A DNA stretch of 63,441 bases, the filler included, from Reticulomyxa filosa (taxonomy: Eukaryota; Protista; Foraminifera): NCBI GenBank assembly GCA_000512085.1. It is 16 parts of 16 records of this genome, joined end to end, with 100 filler letters (N's around TTAATTAATTAA, not from the genome) between each part and the next. Parts side by side here need not be neighbours in the genome. Positions count along the whole stretch, not along the records: positions 9,000 to 13,224 come from ASPP01019846.1; positions 13,325 to 15,154 come from ASPP01002225.1; positions 15,255 to 21,830 come from ASPP01002307.1; positions 21,931 to 23,869 come from ASPP01025316.1; 12 more parts are not named here. One strand, written 5' to 3'. Shown piece by piece: positions 12,083-23,969 of this stretch. The translations under genes were made by a program, and so were the position numbers. The stretch's first letter is position 1; each line of letters opens with the position of its first letter. The notes beneath the pieces were generated by a model. That model saw only the letters and a program-made list of their open reading frames with translations, did not search any database and was not told where the DNA came from.

Positions 12083-12595
12083 CAATTGAAATTAAAACAA
12101 TTTATCTTTTTTATTTTTTTAGAAAAACGTTAACACAATGTCAATCTCTTGTTGTGAGAAATTTATAAAAACCAAAGTCCACTGTAAAAAACTTGTTTGC
12201 AATCTTTCGTAGCATTTTTTACTACATACACTTTTCGTAAATTCGTGACCCCTATGATGACTTATGATTTTTTAAAATAAGGGTACAAAAAATAGTGAGT
12301 ATTCATGATGAAAAACACCTAATTTGGTGGATCATTTGAGACGATGACAATAAATAACCACAAGGAAAAAAAAGTTGGACGAAAGCAAACAAAGTAGAGC
12401 TGATTGAATTTATAAAAACATAACAACTTTTGTTGTGTGGTGTTGTATATACATGTGTATGTATATAAATATATCTATGAAGTGCATTGATTGTATTTTC
12501 CTTTGTATCAATTTCATCGGAAAAGACGCACGTCAATGCACGCACACATCCACGTACAAAACTTATACAAATCCCTCCCCTCCAAAAAAAAGATT

Positions 12596-13224
12596 TTAAA
12601 AAAATCCAAACAGCCCATTTTTTTTCTTTTTGTTAGGCTGGCCTGTTCCCAAGTACGAAAGTAACACTTCTGCTTTTTCTTGTAGTGCCAAGCATTCCAC
12701 AGTTAACATTTTGATATATTCTAAAGTTTGAATTGGATTTTCAAAATCGTTTACTTTTCGCAGCTTGTCTGCTCTTTCTCGAATTTCTTTTATTTTCAAT
12801 TTCACTGTGGTCTGATTCTTTTTGTTCCCAATTTTTTTATATTAAACAACACATATCCTTATATATATATTATGTTCACTATGCACGAAACAAATATGTC
12901 CAATGTTCTGTCGGCCCAATTTTATTTGCATCATCAAAAAAAAAAACAAACAAACTTCTAATTCAGGACTCTTCAGCAACAATGTTTCAATATGTCGAAT
13001 ATTTTCAATACATTTAGCAAGGTCAGCTTTGCACAATTGGGAAGTTACAACCAATTGTTTGTCAGCTATGTTTCCGATGCTATTGTGAGCATCGGCGTAG
13101 TTGTATGCACCATTCATAAAATAGTCATTTACAGTGACTCGAGTAATAGACGTAGTCATATCGTCGGAAGTATTCTCTTTGTTTCCGCTTGCGTTTTCAT
13201 CACCGCTTTCCTTTTCCTTTTCCT
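12596..13224 (-). CDS. Hypothetical helical protein, last two exons
   Basis: Two open frames separated by an intron-like AT tract, ending KKKKNGLFGFF*. Confidence 0.5.
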
Positions 13225-13976
13225 NNNNNNNNNNNNNNNNNNNNNNNNNNNNNNNNNNNNNNNNNNNNTTAATTAATTAANNNNNNNNNNNNNNNNNNNN
13301 NNNNNNNNNNNNNNNNNNNNNNNNATTTCTTGTCTTACCAATGTTGTATTTATACCTTGTGTTCTTGTTTATGTGCGTATACTTTTATTTGTAAACGTTT
13401 TTATTTGGATAATTTAGTGCATAATCGACAAGACAAAGAGTTTCTTGTTGATCAAGAAACTACTTTATTAATAATCATTGTTTTGGAAGATAACGTTTTT
13501 GTCGTTGTCATTTAATACATAAAGGTTGGATATCTCAAATTTGATACAACAAAGGAACTCCAAAATATTTGTTTAGATTATACTGCAGATTAGCAATTCT
13601 TATCGTCTGTGAAATTTCCACATCCAGAGAAGTGCAATAGCTTAGCTTAGTTCTTTTAGTTTAAAAAATCATAGTTTTGCTAATATTAATTGGGTCAGGA
13701 CAACAAAGTGCAATCAACATTGGAAATTGAATAAGTGGAAATAAATACTTTTAAAAAATAAACAAACCTTGGCATCCAATTGTACGTTTGGTTTTGATAA
13801 AAGTGAATTTTCATTACGATTCTTAAAATTTTACAAAAAAAAAAAGTGAATATTGTTTTGGTTTCTGAACACAACAAAACTTTTCGGATATTACAAAAAA
13901 TATTGGAAATCCGATGCAAATGACATATGAGTTAAAATTTTGCAAAATATTGGCAAAGGAAAGTTTTAGAAAAAAG

Positions 13977-15035
13977 TTACAATCGCTTCCATAACCGAAT
14001 AGTTTTATCTTTGGAAGCTGACACAATCATGTTTCCGTCTGATGAAAAATCGACTCCGATTACTGGCTGAGTATGAATGTTTAGACATTGCAATTCCATT
14101 CCTAAAGCAACATCCAATAATCGAATTGCTCCATTATCGCAACATGATACAATAGTTTGACCATCTGGTGAATAAGCGACATATCGAACTAAAGTGTAAT
14201 GCAGTTTTTTGAAAATATGTAAGGACGTTATATTTTTTATTTGAGCGATGGCATCATCAGAGCATAACACAATACTTTGACCATCTCGAGAAAAATTTAT
14301 TCTTTCTATAGATCTCCCCCTTCTAAATTTCATAATGACTTCACCTGACTTCACATCCCAGATTCGGGTAGTACAATCATTAGCACATGATGCAATCAGT
14401 TGATTGTCTGGTGAAAATTGTACATCATTTACTCTTTCTGAATGTCCAATGAATTGTTTCATCTCTTGTCCAGAATTTACATTCCACAATCGAATTGTTT
14501 TATCCCATGAGCTAGATATAACTGTTTGGCCATTCGATGAAAATTGAGCTGCTGTTACATTATCTAAGTGTCCGGTTAGTTTCTTTATTTCTGTCCCAAA
14601 GTTTGTATCCCATAATCGAATTGTAGCATCTTTGGAACAAGATACAATTGTGTTACCATCTGGTGAAAATTGCGCATCATTAACAGCCTGAGAATGTCCC
14701 TGTAATATTTGAATTTCTTTTTCTAAATACAAATTCCATATTCGAATTGTAGTATCATCAGAAGCCGCAATAATTTTGTTACCATCTGGTGAAAATCTTA
14801 CGCTGTTTATAACCTCTGGGTAGCTACAAAATCTCTCAACTGCTTTGAAATATTTCATCTGTGAATTGTATTTTTTTTTTTTTAAAATATATATGTGCAT
14901 ATATTATCATTATTATTATTATTACAGCAAATATACATACGATAATATATTGTGAAATGAGTATATTCAAATCTTCAATCCATCTTTTTTGGATAAACAA
15001 TGGCTGATACCAATGTCTTATTATAACTTCAATTT
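13977..15035 (-). CDS. WD40-repeat protein (about 7 blades) with short N-terminal helical motif
   Basis: Exon 15035-14941 reads IEVIIRHWYQPLFIQKRWIEDLNILISQYII. Intron 14940-14859 precedes exon 14858-13977 with repeated GH...V...FSPDG...S.D.TIRLWD. Confidence 0.92.
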
Positions 15036-15061
15036 CTGTTTGTTTCTTTATTGTTTATTTC

Positions 15062-15101
<40 letters not shown>

Positions 15102-16321
15102 ATAAAAAACAAAAAAAAAAAAACAATATAAACAATGGCCAAAACAATATGCAANNNNNNNNNNNNNNNNNNNNNNNNNNNNNNNNNNNNNNNNNNNNTT
15201 AATTAATTAANNNNNNNNNNNNNNNNNNNNNNNNNNNNNNNNNNNNNNNNNNNNAAATTATGTCTAAATGTTGTTTTTTCATGAAGAAAATCAATTATCT
15301 ATAAGGTGCCGTTTTATGTGCAATTTTACTTTGCATTCTGCTGTAGATGTTCAAATAGTTAACTTTTCTTTCTCGAAATATGTATGGTAAGTCCATATTA
15401 TAAAATCTAAAATACTAATTGAACTGTGGGACCACATGTTAGTTAAAATAATATTCAAAACAAAACTCACTTTTATGTTTTATTTACTTGTTTTCCTTTA
15501 TTGTGTTAAAATTATTTTTGTTAATTTAATTTCCTTTTACTGAAGTTTCTTTTTAGAACTAAGTTCCTTTCATATTACATTTAGTCGTCTAAATATTACT
15601 ACATGTCATATTATTATTATAATACATGCAAACATGTTATTGACGTTTAGAACTAGTTTGTTAATCAGTAGAAAATATTTCATTTTGCTAGTGTTTAAGT
15701 TTTTTTCAATTTACATAATTTGCATATTTGTTAAATCAGCATTACATTAGACAGATACCAAGCAATACTGAGGAATAATTCGACTTCTAATTGTTACTTG
15801 TCACTTTTTTCATGTTTTTGAATGTCAGTTTCATATACTTTTTTTTTACATACAACAGCATTGCTTTTTAATTATATCTTTCGGTTTAGTTGACTTAAAG
15901 TAAATTCTCAAAACATAAATTTACTAGAAGTTGATACATGTTAGTAAAATCTGACATTTTCTAGCTTACCTCGTCAAATGGGACATTTTCATTTATAATG
16001 ACTGATGATGAGCTACATTTTTTTTTATACTGGAACGTAAGGTGAAAACCGTTAATTTTTGTGTTTGGATTTAAGTGATATGTTTTGTTTGTTTTTAAAA
16101 TTTATGATATGCCTAAAAAAATGTCTTTGACAGGGTTTAGTAATATTGTTTATTTCAATAGTTTTTCTGTACCATAAATAAGAGTAAAAAAAAAATACGA
16201 TGTTGGTAAGAATGACTTTTTGATATTCTTAATTACTCTTTAGTGTTGCGTAAAAACTAATACAAAACACCACATTGAAGACAAAACATAAATTAAAAAA
16301 CAATTAATATCAAATTCCATA

Positions 16322-17739
16322 TCACAAATAATAGTTGTTTTTATGTGATGTAATTGCGTTCATAGACAACTGTTCAGTCCACACAAGAGCCATGTCATTG
16401 TAAGTAACTGCAACAATGATAAAATATTTGCACTTGGATAAATTTTGTCCAATGCAAATGCAATCAAAAATAAGCAATTGTTGTATTCCTAACAAAGTGC
16501 TTGCAAATAAGTAGTTATTCCAATGTTCGTATAAGGAAGAAGAAAAAAGCGAGTTATTGGAATCAGGGACACCTCTTAAGTGTGAATATGTATCGACAAC
16601 TTCACTTAAAGTCTCAAATTCGCGGACAACTCCGTGGCAATAAAAAACTTTTTTTTTGTCTTGCACATAAAACATCAGTGGCTGGCATTCAGTCGATAAT
16701 TTGATCCGAACCCCTCGGCCGTCGTCGACAATAGTGCCATTGTGTAATTGTGACCATTTCGGTATTTTCGCTATAGAGCGTTTGATCGCACCTAAAGTCA
16801 CATCCGGTTTTAATAGTATCTTTGAAACCAATATTGCTGCTGACTTTTGAGTGATTGTGTGGTCACTATTCGCAGCTGCGTTTTTCAGAGTCAACGAATG
16901 CGGATTGAAACACCACACTTTACCACAAGTCGTGGTGTGGATTTCACTTAACATTTGTAACGAATAATCACTGCAAAACAACAATTGAAAAAAAAATTGG
17001 TGTGCAAACTTGTTGCTTCTTGCCGTTTTGTTTCTCTTATTTTCAAAAAACTGATTCAAGATGTTAAAATATGATAATTTCGGTAAATATTGAGTCTTTT
17101 CGTCACGCCATATTTTAACACGCTGTTTTCGAAATACGTCAAATCCATGTGCAATTTTTGCTTGGTACATATTCCAACGGCGGTCATTACTCTTTATTAA
17201 GGGTAAAGTCTTTTGAGACAACATACTTCTGTATACTTGCAATAAATACTCACATGTACTCAGATCTACGTACTCCAGCAAAATGACTCCACAAGTCAAC
17301 ACAAACAGTTCGACCAATTGACTCTGACTCCATTTTACTTTATCTTTGGAGTTACTTTTGCTTAGGCATGAGCTATCTTTCAAACGTAACGGCAGTCCTG
17401 AGCTGGTTCGGTCAATTACCTCTTTCTTCTCTACACGTGGGATATTGTATCCATCACTTGCAATGTTTATTATACAACTCAGAGATATAACAGATGTTTT
17501 CAATACATACTCCAATTGGATGTTGCATGGTTATTGGAGAAAGTTGAAACATTATAATCAGACATTTTTTTTAATCTAAAACGCTCCCTTTTGAAGTAAC
17601 CTATGAAACCCTCCGTTTCACAGCATACACCTTTTTTTATGAGACAAGCAAACAGAGAAAGAAAGTTAGTTATTTGAATCACAAACATATTCTCTTTTTC
17701 CAACTTTGATCTAGAATTGACGCAAAGTATGATATTCAT
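16322..17739 (-). CDS. Hypothetical protein, possible degenerate SH2-like C-terminal region
   Basis: A 397-codon ORF in AT-rich DNA plus an overlapping upstream frame. No confident domain. Confidence 0.55.
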
Positions 17740-17795
17740 ACTTCGTAGATTACGTCAAGCTGCATACGAATAATCCATCCAAAATTTGCAATAAA

Positions 17796-18985
17796 ATGTC
17801 ATATGAACAAACAGTTGCCTCTGACGCCGAGGGCAATGAATGTAGAACTTCTGTTTCATTGCAGGAAATTTTCCGACATGCAATGAATATCAAATCTGCA
17901 CAGATATCAAAACTTCGTGTCGAGTTTGAAAAAAGCCCTGATTTTTTTAAAGCAACTGAAATTTATGCCCGTAAACATCTACAGGTTTTCAAAACGGCAA
18001 GATGATATTCATCTTAGCGCCAATAAACTTAACCATTTATTGCATTTTTTCTTTTCATTAACTTACTCTTTTTTCCATAACAACGTCTTCGGCCAACATA
18101 CACATTTCCGACAGCACAAAGAGTTGACCTGGGATGAAAAGTTAACAAAGTGTAGAGCATTAAAAGATGAAGGAAATCGCTTATCCAAATTGAAAAAATA
18201 CCACGAGGCATTGCAAAAATACAATGAAAGTATTGCTATTTTTAAATACTTCAAGAAAACAGATGATAAAGGTGAGCGTATCATATTATGCGATACAATA
18301 TCGCCAGACTGTACCGATATACAATTTCCTCAATGGACCAGCGAGGAGCAATGGCAAAAAGCTCGTAGTGAAGTCATTGCATGCTTTAACAATTGTTCCC
18401 TCTGTTGTTTAAAACTTGGCAGACACACAGATGTGGTGTGGTGCACAACGTTAGTTGACACTCCAAACTTTTTTTAATATCCGAACAATTTAAAGAAAAA
18501 AAAAAAATTGACATATTAAAATGAAAAGTACTGTATTAGCAATGGACTTTGGGAACCTAAAAGCTATGTGTCGATTGGCCGAGTCCCAAGAAATGCTGGA
18601 TACAACAACCGATTTGGAGTCCGCTTACAAAACACTCAAACAAGCGAAAACATATCATCAGAACAACTCCTGGGTTTGTTTTTGTTTGCTTTAGTTTGTG
18701 ACTCCACAGTTTATTATTTTTTTGCTTCATGTTAACGTAAAATAGATTGAAAAGAAAATGAAGGATATAAAAAAAAAACTGGATTTACAAATCCAAAAAG
18801 ATCGACAAAGATTTGCAGGTCTGTTCGAACATAGCACTTTTTATGAAGATAAAATATCATTTGTTGAATCTGCCCACCCACGACCTTGCTGGAGCAAATT
18901 TATTAGTAACTTAAATTCTATAAGAACTCAATTATACAATATTTTAACTCTGCGATCCATTTTTCTCCACACAAAAAATAAATAA
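17796..18985 (+). CDS. TPR-domain protein (carboxylate-clamp/co-chaperone type), about four exons
   Basis: LKDEGNRLSKLKKYHEALQKYNESI, CFNNCSLCCLKLGRH, VLAMDFGNLKAMCRLA, and an FKBP-like end DRQRFAGLF. Confidence 0.82.
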
Positions 18986-20937
18986 ATAAATTTTATGAAT
19001 CAAATCAAATAACTAATAAACAATTTAAAATATTTTACTTGCCCCAAATAAACAATAAAAGTGCAATGCTTTGAACATAAGCAAATTACATTAGATAACT
19101 CGTTTTAAATTTTGTTTGTGTATTTAAGACAAAATAATTGTGAGTTCTACAAAAAGATAATATTGTCGCAATAATACTCAAATTTTAACAACGGTGTACG
19201 GTTGTCCACCTTATTTTTAACAGAACAACATCTAAAACTGCAACCTTTTGGAAAAAAATCGATGTTATGATCTTTTCTGAATACTATTTTGTGCGTTGCT
19301 AGTTTGCAAAGGGTTGTACCAGGTTGCAAAAGATATGTAAAAATTGAGGGATTGAACCTCAACGAATCATCATCGGGCTGATATTGATCATTTCTCTTAT
19401 TTGTTGTGCATAAAGCTTAATTATTGAATAGAAATGTCTGAAAAAAGGCCAATCATCGCAAATGAGTTAACCTTATCAACAAGCTGGAAAAATGTTGGCG
19501 CTGTGGTTGGAGAAAAGGCTCTTATTGGAGGTGGAATAGGTTTATTGGCATCCTTAGTGCTACTTCGTTAAGTGAAAAGTTTATAACAATCAAAGTGACA
19601 ACTAATGTGAGAGACACATAACATCCAATACCATAGGTCGTAACTGTTACCGCTGGACCGCGGTCGCTTTCTCTAGTGGACTTGGAGCAGGAATAGGATG
19701 GAAAAAGTGTGAGCCGGTAGCTGAATTCCGCAAAATTGCTGCACAATACAATAATAAATAGTGATAGATTAGATAACAATTTATACTTCTGAATAAGACA
19801 CTGTTTTTTTTCCTTTTTTTTGCTCATCGGAGCATTAAGGCCGTCAAAGAAGTTCTGCAAATCCTTTAAAACAGCGAATTAAAACGATGCAAAACATTTA
19901 CTCGTTTATATATAAACACTTGTGAATTTCAACATCTCTACAAAATGCTTTCACTAAAATTCTATTGACGATCTAGTCCGGTGATCAATTACAATTCTTG
20001 TTTCTTGCAAGTTTGCATCACGTTTATCCAAAACTTTTTTGAATTCGCACTTGATAAATTGATGCAATTCATCTTTTGCTTTTTTCAATAATTACAAAAA
20101 CTTTTAAAAAACAATATGGACACATAAAAATTTAAAAGGGTACATCAGCCGAGATAGTTTTCTGTGAAAAGATGTTATAATCGATCATTATTCAAAAGAA
20201 CAACTCTTTTTTGTAGCTTTTTCGATTTAAGAATATTCAAAGCATGCTATTATATCAATAACAAATTATGTGTTTATGCACTTGTTCTTACTTCTTAGAA
20301 GCACGACAAGTTGATTAAAAATATCTTAAAAGAATAGCGGTATTCGCTCTGACATTTAACTCGATAGTGAATTTTGTTGCACTATTTTTGAGCAATATTA
20401 GCATATTGTCGATGCATCTTGAAATGCTGGTTTCAGCAACGCAACATTTCTGTGGTTTAATTTATTGTTATTTTAGGTTTGCAAATAATTTCGATATGAA
20501 GCCTAACCATATTTTGCGCTCAATTACAACACTTCATTTGATAGAGCAAAAGAAAGCATTCTTTAATTTCCCACTAATCTCAAGATCAAGGAATGAATAA
20601 ATAAGTCGGAAATTTCCTTCTAAAACTGATACGATCTGAATATATTCAGCATATTTCAATTCATTTAAGTTGGTTTGGGATCGGCAGTGAAAATACTTAT
20701 TCGGCAATAGATAATAAAAGACATTAGGATCAACGAGTAAACAAGAATGATTTTTTTTTGTTTGTTTGTTCTTTTTTAATTAAGTGATTATTTGGTAGTT
20801 ATCAGCTATGCGCTGTTTCGTCAACTAAAATGAGAAAAAAAAAATTAAGGAAAAGAGGGATTAAGAACAGTGAGTGTCAAAAAAAACAGTAGTGAGAAGG
20901 GAAAAAAAAAGATGTACATGTGATGTGTCAACGAGAA

Positions 20938-21816
20938 TCACAATTGAGTTTCTACCACTGTAGTGCGTTCATGTGTTTCAGGAACAGAGTCAATGGGACG
21001 AAAACTATCATCAACAGGAGTTTTGCCAGGAGCAATTTTGGAATGCATTTCAACTTCACGATTTCCACCACTGTCATTTGTTTCCCACGTTTCTACCGCC
21101 ACATGGGACGGATCAGGACTTGTTTTTGTCGGAACAAGATGGAACTCTTTTATGGGCAGAGCCGAATTTATTGGCGATAGACTCAATGGTGTCTTATCCT
21201 CTGTTTGTCATACAAGATCCTTTCGTCAAAATTTTTTTTTTTGCAGAAGGGGGAGAGGGGAGGGGAGAAAAAAAAAAAATCGGTTATAAAAAAAACAAAC
21301 TTGAGCGACTTGCCACAGCGTCTTGAACAAGGGCAAATCCAAACGGACGCAAGTACTCTTTGATTAATTCCACGTCTTGGTGAACATTATCCTTGTTTTC
21401 GCGGTCAATGATCAGATATCTCCAAGGTGTAAGGGTGGAGGCGCTATCAAAATCAGTGTCTGGTTTGGGCTTTTCTCCGGACAGATTGCGGGTATTATCG
21501 TTGGAAGTAGTCCGGAGAAGCAGCGACAACTGCCCCATCAAGGATGCACATGCAAGATGCGTGCGGAACAACTTCGGAACAATGTACAAAGAGATATTGG
21601 TTATCGTGGCGATGATAAGGGTCAAATTCGTGCAAAACAGGCGATTCCATGGATCAGAAAATGTTAAGCAGTTAAACAATATTAGCAATGACATACCCAA
21701 CAATACGTTATAGCTTACAAACACAACCCATTTGTTATCATTGTATTTCGGAGTCGATCCCTTCGATCTTTGATGCCACTCTTTTGTCAATCGACGCAAC
21801 TTGAACGCAACGCGAC
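20938..21816 (-). CDS. Class C (GABA-B/Grl-like) GPCR, end of TM5 through TM7 and cytoplasmic tail, 5' truncated
   Basis: AFKLRR...KYNDNKWVVFVSYNV...NISLYIVPKL parallels the 7tm_3 motifs LNDSK...YNV and FVPKL. Confidence 0.7.
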
Positions 21817-21930
21817 CTTTTTTTTTTTTTNNNNNNNNNNNNNNNNNNNNNNNNNNNNNNNNNNNNNNNNNNNNTTAATTAATTAANNNNNNNNNNNNNN
21901 NNNNNNNNNNNNNNNNNNNNNNNNNNNNNN

Positions 21931-23869
21931 CATATTAATACTACTTTAATTGGAATAAATAAAAATAAAAATATAATTAATTCAATGATGTATTTATGGC
22001 CATTTACAAAACAACAAATGTCTAATTACATTGAAAAATTTGCAAATATAAAATCTAAAAATAATGATTGGACATCAAAAAAATATGAAGAAACATTAAA
22101 AAATTATCCAAATTTACAAAAAATGATTGAAGAACCATTTCTTCTTCAAATAATTTTAAGTGTATTGCCATCATTAGTTAAAAAATATGGTATAGGAAGT
22201 CGAATTTGCAATTGAATCAGATTTTCAATATCAAAATGATAATGATATTATCTGGAATAAATTAGATCCTGAAATCAAAAATGAACATACAAGTAATATT
22301 ATAGAAGAAAAAATAGAAACTGAAATAGAAACAAATATAATCAATGAAACTTTTGATATTTGGGAAAAATATTTTAATGGTGATAGTATTGCAAAATATG
22401 TATTAAGAAGAGTTGGTGATAATAAATATCAATTTTTACATAAATCTTGTCAAGAATATTATGCAGCACAAAAAATTATTTTTGATATCATTTCATGGAA
22501 ACCTACCAATATTAATCATATCAATATCAACAATTTCAACAACAATTTCAAATACAATCTCAACAATTCCTTATTAATCAAAAATTATTAAATGAAGAAA
22601 TGGGAATTATTCAATTTATTGCAGATAGAATTTATGATATTAATCCAATATTTCTAAATTTAAAATCAAGATTATTTCGATTAATTGAATCCTCGAAAAA
22701 TAATTCAAACATATCTATTGCAGCAGCAAATGCAATAACAATACTCAATATAGCAAGAGTTAGTTTGAGTCATCAAAATTGGGATAACATAAATATATCA
22801 CATGCAATTCTAGATTATGCTTTTCTTGAAGGAACAACTTTTAAACAAGCCATTTTAGATACGTGAGCTTTTATAAAGCTTGTCTCAGAAATACCAATTT
22901 CACAAAAGCATCAGTGAATCAAGTTAACTTCGGTGAATATGGGTATCTCAAAAGTGGTTCAGTTATGGTTTTCTCTGTCCAGTTTTCACCTGATGGAAAC
23001 AGAATTGCATCTGGTTTGTTCGATAACACCATTAAATTATGGGATGCATCATCAGGGAAATTGATTCAATCTTTGGAAGGCCATTCAAGTTATGTTTACT
23101 CTGTTCACTTTTCACCTGATGGAAACAGAATTGTATCTGGCTCAGATGATAAAACCATTCGATTATGGGATGCATCATCAGGAAAATTAATTCAATCTTT
23201 GGAAGGTCATTCAGACAAAATTTGGTCTGTTCAATTTTCACCTGATGGTAACAAAATTGTATCTGGCTCAAGTGATAAAACCATTAAATTGTGGGATACA
23301 TCATCAGGAAAACTAATCCAATCTTTGGAAGGTCATTCAGATACTGTTTGGTCTGTTCAATTTTCACCTGATGGTAACAGAATTGTATCTGGTTCATATG
23401 ATAATACCATTCGATTATGGGATGTATCATCAGGAAAACTGGTCCAATCTTTGGAAGGCCATTCAAGTCACGTTAGCTCTGTTCAATTTTCACCTGATGG
23501 AAACAAAATTGTATCTGGTTCATTCGATAACACCATTAAACTGTGGAATGCATCATCAGGAAAACTAATCCAATCTTTGGAAGGTCATTTACATGTTGTT
23601 GACTCTGTTCAGTTTTCACCTGATGGAAACAGAATTGTATCTGGCTCAAGTGATAAAACCATTAAATTGTGGGACACATCATCAGGAAAACTAATCCAGT
23701 CTTTGGAAGGTCATTTAGATACTGTTTGCTCTGTTCAATTTTCACCTGATGGAAACAGAATTGTATCTGGTTCACAAGATGGCACCATTCGATTATGGGA
23801 TGCATCACCAAGAAAACTAATTCAATCCTTAGAAGGTCATTCAGATACTGTTACCTGTGTTCGTTTTTC
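21931..23869 (+). pseudogene. NACHT/STAND C-terminal region + pentapeptide repeats + WD40 repeats (NLR-like), disrupted and truncated at both ends
   Basis: YLWPFTKQQMSNYI, EEPFLLQIIL, YQFLHKSCQEYYAAQKI, AAANAITILN, pentapeptide AILDY-AFLEG-TTFKQ-AILD, then WD40 repeats. Frame breaks near 22205, 22525 and 22861. Confidence 0.82.
22983..23869 (+). repeat. 126-bp tandem repeat, 7 full copies plus the start of an eighth (42-aa WD40 units)
   Basis: TTTTCACCTGATGG recurs at 22983, 23109, 23235, 23361, 23487, 23613 and 23739, an exact 126-nt period. Confidence 0.97.
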
Positions 23870-23969
23870 NNNNNNNNNNNNNNNNNNNNNNNNNNNNNNN
23901 NNNNNNNNNNNNNTTAATTAATTAANNNNNNNNNNNNNNNNNNNNNNNNNNNNNNNNNNNNNNNNNNNN

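Noticed and set aside
19147-20725. Possible multi-exon minus-strand gene
   Set aside because: Only short open frames with no recognisable motif, so no supportable model.
22983-23869. CRISPR-like array
   Set aside because: The units are in-frame 126-nt coding WD40 repeats without unique spacers, and no cas genes are present.
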